64,000 bases of DNA from Patescibacteria group bacterium (lineage in GTDB: Bacteria; Patescibacteriota; Microgenomatia; UBA10105; UBA927). The translations under genes were made by a program, and so were the position numbers. Of this stretch, positions 59,565-64,000 are shown one piece after another. Every line of letters begins with the position of its first letter. The first letter of the stretch is position 1. The DNA is taken from NCBI GenBank assembly GCA_049322955.1, contig JBMOPU010000033.1:784-64783 (forward strand), in the 5' to 3' direction. The notes beneath the pieces were generated by a model. It was not told the DNA's origin and did no database searches. It saw nothing but the letters and a program-made list of their open reading frames with translations.

Positions 59565-60593
59565 ATGGAGTCACGGACAAGGCGCATTTACGCGTCCAAA
59601 ATAAAAATAGGTATTTTTCTGGTACTCGTTATCATGCTTTTGACGCTTATCGTCAAAGCCGTGCAATTTTCGCGCGGATTCATGACGACAACAGGGATAA
59701 CCCCCACAACCCTTATGCGGTTGGTGTTCGATTCGGGAGCCGACCTTCATCCGATAGACGGACGGGTAAATATTTTACTTCTGGGTATTCCCGGCGGTGA
59801 CCATGACGGCACCGACCTTACCGATACGATTCTGGTGCTTTCATTCCATATGAAAAATCAGTCCCTTGCCATGATATCCGTGCCCCGGGACATATGGTCC
59901 GATACCTTGAAGGATAAAGTGAACAGCGCCTACCATTACGGGGAACAAAAAAAGAAAGGCGGCGGGCTGATCCTTGCAAAAGCGATTGTATCGGATGTCG
60001 TCGGGTTGCCGATCCAATATGCCCTGGTACTCGATTTTTCGGGGTTCAAGAAAATTATCGATCTTGTGGGAGGGGTTGAAATACAGGTGGAAAAAAGCTT
60101 CACCGATAAGGAATATCCTATCCCCGGCAAAGAAAACGACGAATGTAATGGTGACCCGCTCTTTGCGTGCCGGTATGAAGCATTGCATTTTGATGCGGGA
60201 CCCCAGGTAATGGACGGGGAGCGTGCGTTAAAATATGTGCGAAGCAGACATGCGGAAGGGAATGAAGGAAGTGATTTTGCACGCGGGCGGAGACAACAGG
60301 AAGTGTTGCTTGCACTCAAAACGAAACTGTTATCCAAGGATATCTATCTGCACCCTTCCGAAATCGAAAAACTGTATGCGGCGTTTGATGAGGCGACCGA
60401 CATGGACACCAATATCGGCGAGCTTATGACGATCGGCAAGATGTTTATGCAAACGACAAAGGAAAAGACCACGCGTATATCTTTGGAAGACAAACTTTAC
60501 ACGCCGCCGAGTAGTTGGTACGGCCGGTATGTCCTGCTTCCCAAGGAAAGTTTTCCCGCTATCCACGCGTTTGTTAAGTCCGCATTACCCTAA
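59565..60593 (+). CDS. LytR-CpsA-Psr (LCP) family cell-wall polymer transferase
   Basis: N-terminal TM; LCP core NILLLGIPGGDHDGTDLTDTILVLSF...ISVPRD. Confidence 0.8.
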   Translation: MESRTRRIYASKIKIGIFLVLVIMLLTLIVKAVQFSRGFMTTTGITPTTLMRLVFDSGADLHPIDGRVNILLLGIPGGDHDGTDLTDTILVLSFHMKNQSLAMISVPRDIWSDTLKDKVNSAYHYGEQKKKGGGLILAKAIVSDVVGLPIQYALVLDFSGFKKIIDLVGGVEIQVEKSFTDKEYPIPGKENDECNGDPLFACRYEALHFDAGPQVMDGERALKYVRSRHAEGNEGSDFARGRRQQEVLLALKTKLLSKDIYLHPSEIEKLYAAFDEATDMDTNIGELMTIGKMFMQTTKEKTTRISLEDKLYTPPSSWYGRYVLLPKESFPAIHAFVKSALP

Positions 60594-60772
60594 CGCATAC
60601 CGTCTTTTATCGCAGATATCCCAAGTACCATAGGTGAGTGGGCAGTTATCCCTTGTCTTACCGCCCGCGCTTCGGTGTTGTGTCACTCGCACCGATACGG
60701 GTGATGCGTATTACCAAGCATACGTGATCCGATACGGATGAGAGAGGAGAGCAGACGGAATATCCAGAGGGA

Positions 60773-61552
60773 TTAGAACACTAATCCGAGAAGAAGCAGT
60801 AATACACCGCCGGCAACCACGCTTGCGCCGAGGACGGAAGGTACCCCCGCTACCGGAATCTTCGGCGTCGGAATGGGCGTCGGCGTTGCTGTGGTGCCCG
60901 GAGGCGGTGTCGGTCCCGTTGCGACACGGCAGTCATCGGATGCGATCCAGACATTGTTATTGTCTCTTACCCGACAGGAGAAGCTGTATGCGCCGCTGGT
61001 GGTCACCGTATAGGTCGTCGTGAGCGAACCCGGTGAGCCGACATTTTCTTCGACAAGCTTCGTGGACCCGTCCGGCATGGTAAATTCTGCGGCGGTAATG
61101 TCCCCGTCGGCATCCCTTCCCACACAGGTTAAGGTGACGGTGTAGGGGACTGTTCCCGTTGCGGGTTCAACCGTGAGATCCACACAAACGGGATTGGTAT
61201 TGTTGGCAACCGGCGTCGGCGTCGGCGTTGAAGTCGGACCAGGAGTTCCCGTCGGCGTCGGCGTTGAAGTCGGACCAGGAGTTCCCGTCGGCGTCACGGT
61301 CGGCGTCGGGGTCGGGGTATTCTCAACCCCGATCGAAAAGACCAATTTACAGTTGATGTCCGACGCTTTGGGGGTTACTTGCGGGACGGTCGGTGCGACG
61401 GGTGATTGCTGTTCCAGTTTCGTGCTGGTCAGGTACGCCACCACGCCGATACCCACCGTGATGATGGTGACCGTCATCAAATACCAATATTTCTTTAGGA
61501 AATGCATATTAGTGCCATGCTCCGTTCGTAAATACTTCGCCTTCAATGACAA
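60773..61552 (-). CDS. Thr/Pro-rich cell-surface protein with Cys-containing beta domains and C-terminal hydrophobic tail
   Basis: N-terminal TM; (TPTPTGTPGPTS)x2-3 linker; C-terminus KIPVAGVPSVLGASVVAGGVLLLLLGLVF. Confidence 0.5.
   Translation of the reverse strand: MSLKAKYLRTEHGTNMHFLKKYWYLMTVTIITVGIGVVAYLTSTKLEQQSPVAPTVPQVTPKASDINCKLVFSIGVENTPTPTPTVTPTGTPGPTSTPTPTGTPGPTSTPTPTPVANNTNPVCVDLTVEPATGTVPYTVTLTCVGRDADGDITAAEFTMPDGSTKLVEENVGSPGSLTTTYTVTTSGAYSFSCRVRDNNNVWIASDDCRVATGPTPPPGTTATPTPIPTPKIPVAGVPSVLGASVVAGGVLLLLLGLVF
61215..61286. repeat. perfect 36-nt x2 tandem repeat (degenerate third copy) inside the surface-protein gene
   Basis: gtcggcgtcggcgttgaagtcggaccaggagttccc repeated head-to-tail; encodes the TP-rich linker on the minus strand. 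Confidence 0.75.
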
Positions 61553-62513
61553 AATCGGTAACGCCGTCGGCTATCGTATAGTTTAACGTAAATTCGTTAC
61601 TGGCATTTTTGGTGGTGGTTTCCGTCCATGCGCCGCCGTTCACCCGGAAATGCGCCTTGGTGGGCGAGAGGTTGCCCTTGACGGCAAGGACCACTTCGTC
61701 GCCTGCCCGAAGCGTGGTGAGATCACTTACCTGGGTGCCGTTTTTATAGATTTTTATGTTTTGACACACCGGGGTGTTACCTGTTGTGGGTGTCGGCGTG
61801 GGATTAGTGGTGTCATCATCATCACCGTTATCGTCATCACCGCCGACCGGGACACAACCGTCGCCGTTAGGATTACACTGGTATTGCGGATAACAACAGG
61901 TCATGCCGACGCCGTGCTGGTTGGCGCACCATGCCCTTCCTTGGGCTTTACAAGGGCCTTCCGTTTCTCCCGGCAATTCACATCGCGTTTCCGTACACAT
62001 ATCGCCGTCCTGGCAGTGACACACATAGCCTGCGGGACAGGTTCCCTGCGGATTACCATCCGTCGCTCCACTACATTCCTTATATCCGGTACCCCACGCT
62101 CTGCTTCGGACGTCGGCGATCTGTTGATTTTTTTGCGAGATAAAATACACGCTCGCCGGCAACACCAATAAAAGTAAAGCGATAAGGGCGATAAGCGGAC
62201 CCTTTGAGGATTTTTTCGGAAGCGAAGAATGATGGTGCGATTTTTCCTGTGCGGGGGGAACAATCACCGATTCGCTGGGTTTCGTTTCAAGAAGACTTTC
62301 GACCAAGGCATCCTGACCCGCGTTCAAAGAAGCGGATGATTCTGCAACCGGCACGGGAGCCGGAGCGGGAACCGAGGCCGGCATGGGATCAAGTGCAGGG
62401 ACGGGCGGAGCGGGAGGTTCCGGTACTGCGGGAGGAGGAACCACCGGAACGGGTTCCGGTTCCGGGGGAAGGGTATCAGTCGTTGTTTGTGGTTTTAATA
62501 CATCATCAGCCAT
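61509..62513 (-). CDS. membrane-anchored surface protein: Pro-rich N-terminus, TM, Cys-rich module, poly-Asp stretch, Ig-like domain
   Basis: PEPEPVPVVPPPAVPEPPAPP; TM LIALIALLLLVLPA; 16 Cys in ~90 aa; GGDDDNGDDDD; beta-rich C-terminus. Confidence 0.45.
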   Translation of the reverse strand: MADDVLKPQTTTDTLPPEPEPVPVVPPPAVPEPPAPPVPALDPMPASVPAPAPVPVAESSASLNAGQDALVESLLETKPSESVIVPPAQEKSHHHSSLPKKSSKGPLIALIALLLLVLPASVYFISQKNQQIADVRSRAWGTGYKECSGATDGNPQGTCPAGYVCHCQDGDMCTETRCELPGETEGPCKAQGRAWCANQHGVGMTCCYPQYQCNPNGDGCVPVGGDDDNGDDDDTTNPTPTPTTGNTPVCQNIKIYKNGTQVSDLTTLRAGDEVVLAVKGNLSPTKAHFRVNGGAWTETTTKNASNEFTLNYTIADGVTDFVIEGEVFTNGAWH

Positions 62514-62582
62514 ACGAATAAATTCGCGTATATAGAATCAGCTTAGTGCACCGATAACATAAGAGTCAAGCGGCGGTCGTAC

Positions 62583-63878
62583 TCACCGTCGTAACGAAAA
62601 AGCACCTCCGCCGAAAATGCCTAGACCGAGTATGAGCAGTACGATAAGCGGCAAAGGAAAGCCGGTTTCCGGTATGGGTTCGCCGGCGAGCGTTGCGGTA
62701 GGAGTGGGATCGTCCGTAACGGTCGGTTCCGGCGTCAGGGTTGCCGACGGCGTGGCGTCTCCAAGTACTTGGGTGCCGCTCTTTAATATTTCAAACGTGT
62801 GGGTGAGCGCGACGGTTTTATTTTGGGCATCTTTCGTCGTTATGGTGACGCTTTGCTTGCCGGGAGCAAGCGGCTTAATGGGCGTATATCGCCATACGCC
62901 GTCATTTCCTATGATGACCGTATCGCTCATCGGCTTTTCGATGCCGATGGTTACCAACAGTGGATTCCCGCCGACCCCGGTTCCCTGAATCAGCGGCAGA
63001 TTTGAGGGTATGGCACTGCCGTCTGCGGGTTTGACGATTGCGACCGTCTGTTTTTTCACTTCCGTTGTTTCGCCCAGTACCGCCGGCTGTGCGGCGGGAG
63101 CCGCCGCAAGGGGCGGTTGCCCGATTGTTTCCGCCTGAATTTTACGAAAATCGTAGGTTTTTCCGACCGTCATACTGGGTACGGGATTATCATTCAACGT
63201 ATCGGTGAGCGCCGTTGACTCACCGTCAGCGCTACGGATGACAATGGATTCATTGATCCGCTCGGCAACGGGCAGGTATCGGTCAAGTGACGTTGTGCGT
63301 GCAAGATTCAACGGAATGACCCAGGTGCCTGTCGTTTTTGAGAGGGTTGAGAGTGTTTGCCCGTTTTCAAGCGTAAGATATACCAATGCACCGTCAAGCG
63401 GCAGACCGTTGGTTGCGGTGATTTGTCCGTAAGCAGGTTCAATACCCGTTCCGAGACCGGAAATTGCGGGTGCCGTTTTTACTTCGTACGATACCCCGTT
63501 ATTGGTGTAGGAAACATTGTTGGATACAATGACAAATTTGTACCCCGTATCCGGTTTGAGGTTTCGTACCACCACGGAGTGGGTGGTGTAGGCGGCGGTT
63601 GCCGGTTTGGTGTTTGCGGTGGAGTAGCGTTCGTCAAAGAAAAAGTTATCAGGGTTAACCCCGTCCAATCGCACCGAACCGCTGACTTCATCATCCGTCG
63701 TCCACGTCACCGTAAATGACGCATCGGTGATATTGGTGACGGTGACGTTTTTCGGAGCATGCGTCGACACCGCCTTGGTCAACAGCGGAGTGACTCTGTC
63801 AAATGCGAAGCGAAACACCATAACCGCCGCCACTACAAGCAATAAGCCGACGATGGTGGGGATTTTTCTCTGTTGCAT
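62583..63878 (-). CDS. surface protein with FN3-like domain and LPXTG-like C-terminal sorting signal
   Basis: signal peptide; NVTVTNITDASFTVTWTTDDEVSGSVRLDG (FN3/PAP-N-like); C-terminus EPIPETGFPLPLIVLLILGLGIFGGGAFSLRR (IPETG, hydrophobic stretch, basic tail). Confidence 0.5.
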   Translation of the reverse strand: MQQRKIPTIVGLLLVVAAVMVFRFAFDRVTPLLTKAVSTHAPKNVTVTNITDASFTVTWTTDDEVSGSVRLDGVNPDNFFFDERYSTANTKPATAAYTTHSVVVRNLKPDTGYKFVIVSNNVSYTNNGVSYEVKTAPAISGLGTGIEPAYGQITATNGLPLDGALVYLTLENGQTLSTLSKTTGTWVIPLNLARTTSLDRYLPVAERINESIVIRSADGESTALTDTLNDNPVPSMTVGKTYDFRKIQAETIGQPPLAAAPAAQPAVLGETTEVKKQTVAIVKPADGSAIPSNLPLIQGTGVGGNPLLVTIGIEKPMSDTVIIGNDGVWRYTPIKPLAPGKQSVTITTKDAQNKTVALTHTFEILKSGTQVLGDATPSATLTPEPTVTDDPTPTATLAGEPIPETGFPLPLIVLLILGLGIFGGGAFSLRR

Positions 63879-64000
63879 ACGTTTTTTGCTAGTCCATGGT
63901 ACTTCGTGTTTCTAATTCTTCCAATATACTAACATCAATTTTACTTGATAGCGGACTGACGACCTGTTGGACGGGGCGTGCTATCGTCGATGTCTTGGTT

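Overview
This 64 kb window looks like a gene-dense chromosomal stretch from a small-genome bacterium with a Gram-positive-type (monoderm) envelope; about 50-55% GC, with short intergenic gaps and many 1-4 nt gene overlaps. The gene content is compatible with a Patescibacteria/CPR-like or other reduced-genome lineage, but that placement is inference only. The window holds about 60 protein genes and one tRNA. I saw no rRNA, CRISPR array, transposase or integrase. Housekeeping genes recognised: two tandem class A PBPs, Fe/Mn superoxide dismutase, GapN-type aldehyde dehydrogenase, a purine phosphoribosyltransferase, an nrdR-nrdJ-pduO operon (B12-dependent ribonucleotide reductase with its own cobalamin adenosyltransferase), IPP isomerase, tsaD, groES-groEL behind a sigma70 promoter and CIRCE operator, metG, tatD, rmuC, two UvrD/PcrA helicases (one fused to an Fe-S PD-(D/E)xK nuclease), tpiA and an LCP protein. 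Envelope-related genes: GT-C glycosyltransferases, UbiA prenyltransferase, WecA/MraY-like GT4, GT2, two FemX-like aminoacyltransferases, M23 peptidase, VanW, a PEGA/SH3b protein and three Thr/Pro-rich surface proteins with C-terminal sorting-signal-like tails. The most unusual locus is 21.35-27.65 kb. It holds an orphan VirB4/TraC-class membrane ATPase flanked by a 670-aa and a 155-aa protein with no recognisable domains and by a long ATP-grasp enzyme, with no other type IV secretion parts. Other oddities: a tRNA with anticodon TAT (Ile-UAU) followed directly by an ORF carrying a duplicated W-H-x-H...P-T-C motif; a PP2C-like protein missing two metal-binding aspartates; a GroES with a CxCxxxxC insert; a low-GC single-gene island after groEL; and an RRM RNA-binding protein gene with atypical codon usage and a long leader.
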